Assembly (NCBI GenBank): GCA_013388635.1
Contig: JACAEX010000033.1
Location: forward strand, 2,356-66,355
Direction: 5' to 3'
DNA from: Syntrophaceae bacterium
GTDB taxonomy: Bacteria > Desulfobacterota > BSN033 > UBA1163
Length of the DNA stretch: 64,000 nt
The position numbers and the translations under genes were made by a program. Below, piece after piece: positions 55,888 through 64,000 of this stretch. Under the pieces are notes generated by a model that was not told the origin of the DNA, searched no databases, and saw nothing but the letters and a program-made list of their open reading frames with translations. Each line of letters begins with the position of its first letter. Position 1 is the first letter of the stretch.

Positions 55888-55941
55888 TTGACAAAGGCTT
55901 TTAAATTATATTATTTCTTTTTGCCATTAATGGTAAGACCA
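55888..55941 (+). promoter_or_regulatory. Promoter and FadR-type operator of the TRAP operon
   Basis: TTGACA at 55888-55893, an AT-rich -10 region, and AATGGTAAGACCAATT (core 55931-55941). Confidence 0.65.
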
Positions 55942-56061
55942 ATTTCGGAAGGAAGATTTTTCAAAGAGGTTGAATTTAACCAAATCTCATGCGAAAGGAG
56001 GTGAAGGTTTTTAGAAGAGGCAGGTTGTTTTCCTTTAACCCTTTTGTGAAAGGAGAAAGGT

Positions 56062-57213
56062 ATGGGAAAGAAAGTTCAAGACAAGAAAAGTGAAGAGAAG
56101 GTTTCTCGTCGTAGGTTTTTGAAGGCCGCGGCAGCCACGGCCGGCGTGACGGCAGCCACCATCGGTGTTCCCGCGTTTCTCAAACATGCTTCGGCCGCAC
56201 CTATCAAATGGAAGATCCAGACAGCCTGGGATGCAGGCACCCTTGGGTTTGTGAAATTTCAGGAATTCTGCAAGAAGATGGGAGAGATTTCGGAGGGTAA
56301 ACTCGTATTTGAAGGTTTTCCTGCCGGTGCGATTGTGGGCACGTTTGAGATGTTTGACGCAGTGAAGGCGGGTGTTTTTGACGCTTACCATTCCTTTGAC
56401 GTTTACTGGGTAGGTAAGGTGCCTGCTTGTACCTTCCTGTCTTCTTACCCATTTGGAATGGATCGTCCGGACCAGTGGGAAACCTGGTATGAATATCTGG
56501 GAGGAAAAGAAATTGCCCGGGAAGCTTATGGCGCACATAATATGATGTACGTGGGACCCATCCAGCATGATGATAACCTGATCCATTCTAAGATACCTAT
56601 TCGATCGTTTGAAGAGTTCAAGGGAAAAAAGATCCGCTATCCGGGAGGTATGATCGCTGATATCTATCGGGCGGCTGGTGTCTCTACCGTGCTCCTTCCT
56701 GGAGGGGAAGTCTATCCTGCCTTGGAGAAGGGTGTCATCGACGCTTCGGACTATGTTGGTGCAGCGGTCAATTACAACCTTGGTTATGGAGAGATTGCAA
56801 AGTACATTATCATGGGGCCTCCCTCCACGCCATGCCTGCATCAACCTGTGGACTTGATGAGCTTGGAGGTTAACATGGGCAGATGGAAGGCTTTGCCCAA
56901 ATATCTTCAGGATATGGTAGAAGCAGTGGTCAAATGGCACTCCTGGGATCATTACGCAGCCATCCAGAAAGCGGATATCCAGGCCTTCGAAGACTTCCAG
57001 AAAAAGCAAGGGGTTACGATTATCCGGCTTAAAGAGTCCGATATTGAGAAGTTCAGGAAGTTCGCCCCGGAATTGTGGGTGACGTGGGCGAAGAAGCATC
57101 CTCTTGCGATGAAGGCCTTCAAGTCTCAATGGGAATACATGAAGTCTATCAAGATCGGCTACTATAAGGATTCAGACTTAGTTGATCTGAAAGGGAAGAG
57201 GTTAACCCTTTAG
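56062..57213 (+). CDS. dctP: Tat-exported TRAP substrate-binding protein, lactate/2-hydroxy-acid type
   Basis: SRRRFLK twin-Arg signal; WKIQTAWDAGT, FLSSY..DRPDQWETW, GPIQHD, LPGGEVYPALE, HQPVDLM. Resembles the Thermus lactate-binding TRAP protein as recalled. Confidence 0.88.
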   Translation: MGKKVQDKKSEEKVSRRRFLKAAAATAGVTAATIGVPAFLKHASAAPIKWKIQTAWDAGTLGFVKFQEFCKKMGEISEGKLVFEGFPAGAIVGTFEMFDAVKAGVFDAYHSFDVYWVGKVPACTFLSSYPFGMDRPDQWETWYEYLGGKEIAREAYGAHNMMYVGPIQHDDNLIHSKIPIRSFEEFKGKKIRYPGGMIADIYRAAGVSTVLLPGGEVYPALEKGVIDASDYVGAAVNYNLGYGEIAKYIIMGPPSTPCLHQPVDLMSLEVNMGRWKALPKYLQDMVEAVVKWHSWDHYAAIQKADIQAFEDFQKKQGVTIIRLKESDIEKFRKFAPELWVTWAKKHPLAMKAFKSQWEYMKSIKIGYYKDSDLVDLKGKRLTL

Positions 57214-57220
57214 AGGCGAC

Positions 57221-57263
57221 TGGGGAGGGGGAGCGGAATATTTTCGATTCTCCTCCCCATTTT
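57221..57263 (+). terminator. Stem-loop between dctP and dctQ (attenuating or mRNA-stabilising)
   Basis: TGGGGAGGGGGAG ... TTCTCCTCCCCA followed by TTTT. Confidence 0.5.
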
Positions 57264-57304
57264 ACGTGGATGGAACGGGCTGAAGATCCTCTGAGGAGAA
57301 GGTT

Positions 57305-57853
57305 ATGGATGGTTTGAGGAAATTTATGATGATTGTGAACAAAACCAACATCTTTGTCGGAAAGATGATGGTTGGGGTGACCCTGCTGGCTGTCTTTGTG
57401 ATCACCTTTGAGGTGGTGATGCGTTATGTGTTTAACCGGCCTACAAACTGGGGCCATGAGAGCATGATCCTCCTTTTTGCGATTTTCTACTGTGCCGCGG
57501 CCGGCTATGCCCACTACTACCGCGCCCATGTGCGAGTGGATGTTTTTTACTCGACTCGCCCTCCAAGAACAAGAGCCTACCTCGATTTGATCACCTCTAT
57601 CTTTTTCTTTCTCTTTGCGATCGTCTTCACCTATACGAGCTGGAATTTTTACTGGAGTTCCCAGACCATGCTAGGTGGAGGTAAGATATTCGGGATTACC
57701 GTTCCCGGAGAACTCTCCTTTACCGATTGGCAACCTCCTTACTATCCGGTCAAGTTTATGATGCCTCTGGGAGGGTTTTTGTTGCTGCTTCAGGGAGTTG
57801 TCTGGTTGATCCGCGATATCCACATGGCTGCGACCGGGAGGGAGATGAAATGA
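57305..57853 (+). CDS. dctQ: TRAP small permease
   Basis: EVVMRYVFNRPTNW, AHVRVDVFY, YPVKFMMP. Confidence 0.9.
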   Translation: MDGLRKFMMIVNKTNIFVGKMMVGVTLLAVFVITFEVVMRYVFNRPTNWGHESMILLFAIFYCAAAGYAHYYRAHVRVDVFYSTRPPRTRAYLDLITSIFFFLFAIVFTYTSWNFYWSSQTMLGGGKIFGITVPGELSFTDWQPPYYPVKFMMPLGGFLLLLQGVVWLIRDIHMAATGREMK

Positions 57854-59163
57854 GTATCGAGCTGATTACCATCACGATGTTTGGATCCATGTTGATCCTT
57901 TTGATGCTTGGGCTGCCCGTGGCCTTTTCCTGTGGGGCGGTGGGCATCATTTTCACTGCAATTCTGCAGGGACCTTCTGCTGTCAATATTGTCCCAACCC
58001 GAATCTTTGGCCTCATGGTAAACTATCTCTTGGACGCCATCCCCCTCTTCATCTTCATGGCCTGTATTCTTGAAAGGGGCGGTCTCATCGGAGAAATCTA
58101 TGAAATGGTCCATCAGTGGCTGGGATGGCTTAAAGGCGGTGTGGCAACAGCGTCTGTTGTAGCATGCACCATGATGGCTGCTATGGTGGGAGTGATTGGA
58201 GCGAGTGAAGTGACCATGGGCGTGATCGCCTTTCCGGAAATGCTGAGAAGAAGGTACGATAAATATATGGCTGCTGGCTCGGTGCTTGCAGGTGGAACCC
58301 TTGGGATCCTCATTCCGCCGAGTGCCATGCTCATCGTATACGGGATGGTCGATAATGTTTCAATCGGCCAGCTCTACGGTGGGGCCTTTTTGCCTGGTTT
58401 TCTCCTTTCCGCCCTGTATATAGGTTACATCTCCGTACGGTCTTATCACAACCCGATAATGGGACCTGCGATTCCCAAAGAGGAGCGTCTGCCTTTGTCT
58501 GGAAAGTTAAAGCTCTCCAAGCCAATTATACCCGTAGCCATTCTGATTTTTCTCGTTCTTGGCACTATTTTGATTGGCATTGCAGCACCCACCGAGGCGG
58601 CAGGTGTGGGATGCGCTGGAGCGTTCGTCATCCTTGCCCTACAACGCAGGTTAAAGTGGAAGGGAGTGGTCGAGGCCTGCGAGAATACCCTGAAATCCTC
58701 GGCCATGGTTCTGTGGACTATGTTCGGAGCCAACATCTTCGTCGCTCTCTACGTCATGGTGGGAGGTGGAAAGTTTGTCACGGACCTGCTTCTTGGAATC
58801 GGGGAAAGATGGGTCATCATTGGTGTCACGCAGCTTATCCTGATCTTTTTAGGTTGTTTTATCGATTGGGTCGGCATTATCATGCTCACCGTCCCGATTT
58901 TTGGCCCGATTATCCGGCAGTTGGGGTTCGACCCGGTCTGGTTCGGAGTGCTTTACGCTGTCAACCTGCAGATATCGTTCTTGTCCCCACCTTTTGGATA
59001 TGCTCTCTTCTATCTCAAAGGTGTGGCACCGCCGGAGATCTCAACGACCGATATCTGGAAGGCAGCAGCTCCATTTATCGGACTCCAGTTCATAGGATTG
59101 ATTCTCTGCATGATCTTTCCTGATATCATCCTGATCGTTCCGAAATTGTTTTATAGAGGGTGA
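57850..59163 (+). CDS. dctM: TRAP large permease
   Basis: AIPLFIFM, GTLGILIPPS, SIGQLY, QISFLSPPFG. ATGA overlap with dctQ. Confidence 0.92.
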   Translation: MSIELITITMFGSMLILLMLGLPVAFSCGAVGIIFTAILQGPSAVNIVPTRIFGLMVNYLLDAIPLFIFMACILERGGLIGEIYEMVHQWLGWLKGGVATASVVACTMMAAMVGVIGASEVTMGVIAFPEMLRRRYDKYMAAGSVLAGGTLGILIPPSAMLIVYGMVDNVSIGQLYGGAFLPGFLLSALYIGYISVRSYHNPIMGPAIPKEERLPLSGKLKLSKPIIPVAILIFLVLGTILIGIAAPTEAAGVGCAGAFVILALQRRLKWKGVVEACENTLKSSAMVLWTMFGANIFVALYVMVGGGKFVTDLLLGIGERWVIIGVTQLILIFLGCFIDWVGIIMLTVPIFGPIIRQLGFDPVWFGVLYAVNLQISFLSPPFGYALFYLKGVAPPEISTTDIWKAAAPFIGLQFIGLILCMIFPDIILIVPKLFYRG

Positions 59164-59190
59164 TATTTGAAAATCGGGTTCATATCGCTG

Positions 59191-59232
59191 GAAACGCCCC
59201 TTTTGAAAGGGGCGTTTCTCTTTTCCCCTTTT
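59191..59232 (+). terminator. Rho-independent terminator
   Basis: GAAACGCCCCTTT-TG-AAAGGGGCGTTTC followed by TCTTTTCCCCTTTT. Confidence 0.8.
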
Positions 59233-59270
59233 GGAAGGGAGGAGATTACCCCTTCCTTATTCTCCAAACC

Positions 59271-59729
59271 ATGATAAACAAGAAGTCTTCTGGCACCACA
59301 AAAACTTTTGTTTATAGAGCCCCCACGATTTATGTAGCCATTTTCTATTTAGTCCTGCTCGCTTGGACAGTTGTCTCCGTTTCTATCATGGGAACAAAGG
59401 GATGGGTCGATTGGCTTCAACTCTTTATGGTTGCTTTTGTCTTCGTCATGACCTGGTTTTTCTCTCTGGGAATTTCTTACAGGGTGGAAATAAACGAGGA
59501 TGGAAAGTTAGAGTTATTCAGCTTCAGGAGGCTCATCAGTATCCATTCCACAAAAATAGCAACGGTGGAGGGCCCCCATCTGCCCCTCGGATTCATCCGG
59601 TTTAGGCTGGAGAGGGAAAAAGCTTACCTCTTCGGAATTCCCAGAAACAGGGATCTTCAGCAGATCTTGGAAATCATCCGCAAAACAAATCCGGGCATTA
59701 AGTTCAAGAATCTTCCGTTGACCCCTTGA
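59271..59729 (+). CDS. Hypothetical membrane protein (2 TM plus possible bacterial PH-like domain)
   Basis: Two hydrophobic segments followed by a beta-rich tail (YRVEINEDGKLELFSF). Start assumed after the terminator. Confidence 0.6.
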   Translation: MINKKSSGTTKTFVYRAPTIYVAIFYLVLLAWTVVSVSIMGTKGWVDWLQLFMVAFVFVMTWFFSLGISYRVEINEDGKLELFSFRRLISIHSTKIATVEGPHLPLGFIRFRLEREKAYLFGIPRNRDLQQILEIIRKTNPGIKFKNLPLTP

Positions 59730-59764
59730 ACGCCAGAGCTCTGGGACCCTCGATTATGGACCGG

Positions 59765-60280
59765 TCAGAATTTGGTCCAATCAATATTCGTTTTTTCAGA
59801 AGGCAGCGGGATAATAAAGACGGGCTTTCGGCTCCGTTGTAATACTGAACCAGCGACGCTTCCAAGAAAGGTCTGCTTCAAGAACCCCTTTCCATGAGTT
59901 CCAAGGATGATCGTGTCACAACCTTCATCATCTGCTGTCTTCAAAATCTCTTCCACGGGATAGCCCACCGGAACAAGGATTTTGGATACAAGCGCAATGC
60001 ATGCGGAGCCCATTTGGTCCTCTATCGTCTTGCAAACTTCCTGGAGACGTTTCTTGATTTCTTCGATATTCCTCTCCTGTTCTCGCTTTATGCTTTCTTT
60101 CACCCGCTTCTCTATCCCAATACCAGATTCATCATACGGGTGGCGAAAGGGCTCAACAGCGTGTAGAATGATAATCTCTGCATTATATTTGTTTGCTAGA
60201 TCTACCGCATAAAAAAAGGCATAATAAGAGTTCTTACTGAGATCTGTCGCATAAAGAATCTTCTTAATTTGCGGATTCAT
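59765..60280 (-). CDS. Universal stress protein (UspA family)
   Basis: IKKILYATDLS, ILHAVE, IILGTHGKG...FLGSVA..VL..S.KPVFIIP. Confidence 0.92.
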   Translation of the reverse strand: MNPQIKKILYATDLSKNSYYAFFYAVDLANKYNAEIIILHAVEPFRHPYDESGIGIEKRVKESIKREQERNIEEIKKRLQEVCKTIEDQMGSACIALVSKILVPVGYPVEEILKTADDEGCDTIILGTHGKGFLKQTFLGSVAGSVLQRSRKPVFIIPLPSEKTNIDWTKF

Positions 60281-60380
60281 CTCTCTCCTCCATTTCTCCA
60301 CCTATTTTCTCCTGCTCTCATTTCAGAGTTATTCAATGCCGGTGGAAGATTTAGTCCAAATTAAGGCTACCTCTGACAAT

Positions 60381-60472
60381 CTCATTCCTGCGAAAGTAGA
60401 AATCCAGAATTTCTTGACATTACTGGACTCCCCCTGGAGTTTAGCCCGTACTTGATACGGGGCGGGAGTGAC
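60381..60472. repeat. Degenerate REP doublet related to 847-910
   Basis: CTCATTCCTGCGAAAGTAGAAATCC (5 mismatches in 25 nt to the 847 unit) ... GGACTCCC-insert-CGGGAGTGAC. Confidence 0.55.
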
Positions 60473-60694
60473 AAATTGATATTTATTAGAGAGTTAATTA
60501 AACCCTATCAGGCTTCAACACCGTTGTCAATAAATTCTGAGAATTATGTTTCTATGCAATCCGCATAATCGTCTCCTGATCTCTGCCTGATAGCCCCCTG
60601 CCAACCGGTAGGCAGGAGGATCCAAAAGCGGGCTGGCTGGCAGGAGGGAGTAGTCCGAGATTTCAGAACTTTCCAGAAATCTCACCAAATTCTG

Positions 60695-60723
60695 TTGACA
60701 ACAAAAGCCATAGATGTTATTTT
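60695..60723 (+). promoter_or_regulatory. Sigma70 promoter for a small ORF
   Basis: TTGACA (60695-60700)-17 nt-TATTTT (60718-60723) with an extended TG at 60715-60716. Confidence 0.65.
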
Positions 60724-60752
60724 TAGTCCAATTCTGAAGAGGGGGTTATCCA

Positions 60753-60872
60753 ATGTTCGTTCTTCCTCCGAATTTCATACTGCTGGTCTGTGTAGCTATC
60801 GTTGTCGGGATTATAGGGTTTCTCATCTACGGCTTCAGAAAAGGTTTTGAAAATATATTCCCTGACGAGTAG
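60753..60872 (+). CDS. 39-aa single-TM small protein (below the ORF-track cutoff)
   Basis: MFVLPPNFILLVCVAIVVGIIGFLIYGFRKGFENIFPDE*. RBS GAGGGGG 7 nt upstream, with its own promoter and a downstream hairpin. Confidence 0.65.
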   Translation: MFVLPPNFILLVCVAIVVGIIGFLIYGFRKGFENIFPDE

Positions 60873-60962
60873 AGTAGTCTCGACACCCCGGGAATCGATC
60901 CTCTTAAGCATTCAAGGGTTAATCCGCCAGTTCTTCTTCAAAAGGATGTTTGGCCGGATAAA

Positions 60963-60997
60963 AACGAACCCCGCTGGAGTTTCCAGCGGAGTTCGTT
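60963..60997. terminator. Hairpin between convergent small genes (probable bidirectional terminator)
   Basis: AACGAAC-C-CCGCTGGA-GTT-TCCAGCGG-A-GTTCGTT. Confidence 0.65.
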
Positions 60998-61115
60998 CTC
61001 TTCAACATTTCTCCTCCCTGAAGATATTCCGGTCACTTCATCGTGAGGGATGGGATTACAGGAATATTGGTTAACTATTCAGAACCGATCAGGCGGAATA
61101 TTATGGACCTTCGAG

Positions 61116-61361
61116 CTAAATCAGATCACCGAGACGGTCGGCGACCCATTTGGCGAGGTCCTTTGCTTTATCCGTATCCCAATAGGGTTTTTGGTCACCT
61201 TCATTTCCGAGCTGAAGCAGGTACTTTTTCCCACCTTTTTCCGGGTTGAGCCCGATGATCGCCACGCCGCCTCCAAAGATCTCCGGGATATTGAATTTTA
61301 GTGATTCGCCGTCCTTTAGCTTTTCCATCCTGCTGATGATCTCTTCTCGACTGAGTTTCAT
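61116..61361 (-). CDS. Hypothetical 81-aa protein
   Basis: Strong RBS GGAGGAG. Minus-strand promoter TTGACA (61457-61452)-17 nt-TAAATT (61434-61429). Protein-like composition. Confidence 0.75.
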   Translation of the reverse strand: MKLSREEIISRMEKLKDGESLKFNIPEIFGGGVAIIGLNPEKGGKKYLLQLGNEGDQKPYWDTDKAKDLAKWVADRLGDLI

Positions 61362-61543
61362 ATACTCCTCCAGACTTAGATTAGAAGCAATGCGGTTACT
61401 TCAGTGCCTCCTTGATCATTTGTTAATAAATTTATCAGTTAATTCATTCTATGTCAAGAATCCGACTCGACTGATTCGGCGGTACGGGGAGTATAAAAGC
61501 GAGGGGGGCAACCATCGGAGACGTTAACGAGCAGTTTTTGTTT

Positions 61544-61783
61544 TTAAGACTTTTTCTTTGCCATTTCCTCCCTTGCTCTGCGGTCTTGTTCTGCTCTCCA
61601 GGCGCGTATTCTTCTCTTCTGCCTATCTGTAAAAGCGGCAGCCAACAGGGCCAGGCCCAGGAGGACCATGAACCCGGCCCTATGGTTATAGCCATTCATC
61701 AGGATATGACGCAGAGCCACAAAAAGGAACCCGATCCCACACCATAAAAAGATTGTAAATCGGGTGAAATAACCTCTTATCAT
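61544..61783 (-). CDS. Hypothetical small membrane protein
   Basis: Two hydrophobic segments and a charged tail, downstream of the Nramp-like gene. The RBS is weak. Confidence 0.5.
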   Translation of the reverse strand: MIRGYFTRFTIFLWCGIGFLFVALRHILMNGYNHRAGFMVLLGLALLAAAFTDRQKRRIRAWRAEQDRRAREEMAKKKS

Positions 61784-61807
61784 CTGAAAATCTCTATTGC
61801 CCTTAGC

Positions 61808-61840
61808 CAGGACCCTTCCCCTGAAAGAAGGAGGGTCCTG
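61808..61840. terminator. Stem-loop after the Nramp-like gene
   Basis: CAGGACCCTTCC ... GGAGGGTCCTG. Confidence 0.5.
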
Positions 61841-61849
61841 TTTGGATCG

Positions 61850-63392
61850 TTACTCCTGATAACCCTCTTCCTTTCTCTTTGCCAGATCAACAATGCCCAG
61901 CAACAGGACGATGAGGTAGACGATTAGCAGGATGACCCAGCCCGTTGTCTTGAATGCCTTATTGACCGCGAAAAGGCTGAAGATCCCATAGAAGATGATC
62001 ATACAGATCACCATCAGGTCTTCGAACCAGTTGGGTCTGATGGCCTTGGGCAGGAACTTATGGTTGACCACCAGTGTCTGAATCCCGCCGTAGACGAAGA
62101 CAAACCCAGCGATATTGGCCTGAATCAGGATGTAGGTTAAGGGTAGTTTTACCACTGAAACCATCATGATGACCCAGATGACCACCAGGGCGAAGACAAT
62201 ATAGTAGATGATTCGGATGTCCCCTTTGATCCAACTCCTCAAACCCGGCCAGAGGTTGTAAAGCATATCAGCCATCTGACGGGTCGCGGAGTCAGTGACA
62301 CCAAGCTGGGTGCCGAAAAGGACCCAGAAACCGATCAGTTGAACCCAGACCCATCCAGGGGTTCCTAAGAATTTACGGATCGCATCACCCTGATAAGCAG
62401 CCACTGCCCAGCCTCCCAATTTGGTCCCTTGAGGGATCAAACCAACGGCGAAGTTCACAGTCAGCCACATTCCGATCCAGCAACCCAAGCCGAAGATGAT
62501 CCATTGATCCAAACGAGCGAAGTGGAGCCAGTCTTTCCAGCGTTTCAGATTCTCGGCAGTGGGTCTAAATACGATTCCAGTGGGATGGACATCAATCTTC
62601 TCCCCTCCGATGGCACCAGAGATGTAACCGACCTCCTTACCCATTCCATACCCCTTATCCCTGGACCAGTTAGAGGAGGAGATGTTGAAAATCCCACCTG
62701 CCGCTGAATAAGCAGCAAACCCTCCCAAAAGCACCGGATCTGCGCCCTCGGGAATCATGCCAAAGGAGAAGAAGCCCTTGGTAACTCTCCAGATCGACTC
62801 GGCAGGAACGTAGCCGATGAGAAGAATCACCATCGAACCGACAATAGCAGCCACAAAAGCCCAGGAGATCTTCTCTAAAGTACTTTCAACCTTTCTTCCC
62901 CATAAGAGCATGAAGAGGACCAGGGCAGTCCAGACCATCCCCCAGACCATTACTGTAACCTTCTGTTCAGGCCCTGGCATCTTGTTAATAAGGATGGCCG
63001 TCCATGCGGTGGCTGAGGTGATGGCCCATCCTGGTCCAATACAGACGACACAGGTGATGATCCAGAAGGGGCCCCATAGCCCAACGTCCGGGTTTTAAAC
63101 GGTTGTAACCGATCATCATGGGCTCGCCGGTATAGATGGTATATCGAATGCACTCAAGGTTAAAAAAGGTCTGGGTAATGCAAGCAATCGTGGTAATCCA
63201 CATCAACATTGGGCCGTACTGGACGGCTGCTGCAGGGCCCATGAGCCACTCACCGCTCCCGATAGAAAGGGAGAGCATGATGGCACCTGGACCAATGAAT
63301 TTAAGAAAGTTCCTAAATCCCCTTTTTGGGCCTTCAGGCATATCCCTGACATCCCAGGGCTGAAGACAACCAGCTTTGATTTGATCAGCCAT
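61850..63392 (-). pseudogene. Nramp-related (YcsG-like) transporter split by a +1 frameshift near 63080
   Basis: 5' ORF has IGPGAIMLSLSIGSGEWLMGP...LECIRYTIYTGEP. The reading continues in another frame as WGPFWIIT...AAYSAAGG...FGTQLG. One extra base separates the frames; the joined product is about 513 aa. Confidence 0.75.
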
Positions 63393-63568
63393 ATTCTCCC
63401 TCCTTCCTTCACCGCTTAGGTGAGCCGGATTTTAAGAAACCGAAAGCTCTATCCTCACCTCCTTTCTCCAACGTTTACCAAGGGACTCAAAGACAGCTCC
63501 ACGATGTAGATTTCACAACAAAGCACCTTTTTTGTCAAGATTTTCGTGAGATGATAATTCCTTTCCGG

Positions 63569-63597
63569 GAAGCCCCGTCCTGTGGACGGGGAGCTTC
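63569..63597. mobile_element. Isolated hairpin resembling an IS200/IS605 end
   Basis: GAAGCCCCGTCC-TGT-GGACGGGGAGCTTC resembles GAAGCCCCGCCCTTCAGGGCGGGG-type IS605 ends. No tnpA/tnpB nearby. Confidence 0.35.
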
Positions 63598-63723
63598 ATT
63601 AGGGATTAAGTTCCAATCACATAGGTCGGGGTTGGGTAAATGATAATTTTGCTTGACAATTATTTTAAATCTTTTAATGTAATAGTAGTATTTTTCAGAC
63701 AGGTCAAGGATGGAGGAAGGACC

Positions 63724-64000
63724 TTGGTTGAAGAGAGGATCAAGGACGGGACAAAGATATTGAACCTGTTGAGATCGATGGCCGACTACAAACCCCACTT
63801 TGAGATCATCGGAAACTACCGCCTGATCGATGACGGCATTCGACCCGAGGCCACCATCATGATTCGTGCCAATGGTAAGGAGATGCATGAGGCCGATACA
63901 GGGGCAGGGCCTGTGGACGCACTGGCCAGGGCACTGAAAAAGGCACTCAAATCGATCTTTCCTGAGATCGAAGGGGTGAAATTGATCGACTTCAGTTCGA
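63724..64000 (+). CDS. Stand-alone LeuA/CimA allosteric (regulatory) domain protein, partial
   Basis: TTG start after GGAGGAAGG: (M)VEERIKDGTKILNLLRSMADYKPHFEIIGNYRLIDDGIRPEATIMIRANGKEMHEADTGAGPVDALARALKKALKSIFPEIEGVKLIDFS. The G.GPVDAL..AL.KAL...VKL.DF pattern is the LeuA dimer domain. TTGACA at 63653 upstream. Confidence 0.75.
   Translation, partial: MVEERIKDGTKILNLLRSMADYKPHFEIIGNYRLIDDGIRPEATIMIRANGKEMHEADTGAGPVDALARALKKALKSIFPEIEGVKLIDFSS

Noticed and set aside
60723-60911. 62-aa minus-strand ORF from the track
   Set aside because: It has no RBS and is the antisense shadow of the 39-aa plus-strand ORF, which has a promoter, RBS and terminator.
1-64000. tRNA/rRNA genes and Sec/Pyl recoding
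   Set aside because: No cloverleaf or rRNA-like tract was recognised, and the recognised genes reach their expected C-termini without in-frame TGA/TAG read-through. This was not checked with tRNAscan.

Overview
A 64-kb window of GC-moderate bacterial chromosome. Gene content (tungsten-type aldehyde:ferredoxin oxidoreductase, CCG-domain Fe-S proteins, B12 mutase, many TTT/TRAP transporters) suggests an anaerobic Desulfobacterota/deltaproteobacterium-like organism; this is inference. The window is almost entirely accessory carboxylate catabolism. (1) 1-4.7 kb: an aldehyde:ferredoxin oxidoreductase divergent from a split B12-dependent acyl-CoA mutase with a non-canonical active site (Leu/Arg/Asn at the MCM Tyr89/Arg207/His244 positions) plus a CoA ligase resembling 2-hydroxyisobutyrate-CoA ligase. 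This is the best candidate for an undescribed pathway, possibly for a quaternary-carbon acid. (2) 4.7-18.7 kb: oxidoreductases, TRAP/TTT uptake and several hydrolases. (3) 18.7-34.8 kb: a 17-gene minus-strand run with three complete TctCBA transporters and an unassigned dehydrogenase/hydrolase/aldolase/isomerase set. (4) ilvC, hemL and a small RHH-RelE toxin-antitoxin islet. (5) 41-59 kb: a divergent 2-hydroxy-acid island around a FadR regulator with repeated TGGTnnnACCA boxes. It holds two flavin dehydrogenase/CCG modules, a lipoate ligase, an ACL/SCS-like ligase with a ferredoxin gene between its subunits, a CitE-type CoA lyase, a stand-alone ALDH1L1-like formyltransferase domain and a lactate-type TRAP transporter. 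(6) 59-64 kb: small genes, including an unannotated 39-aa membrane ORF with its own promoter and a frameshifted Nramp-like transporter. Several families of intergenic palindromic repeats are present. No rRNA, tRNA or CRISPR array was recognised. Family assignments come from motif reading and recalled sequences, not database searches.
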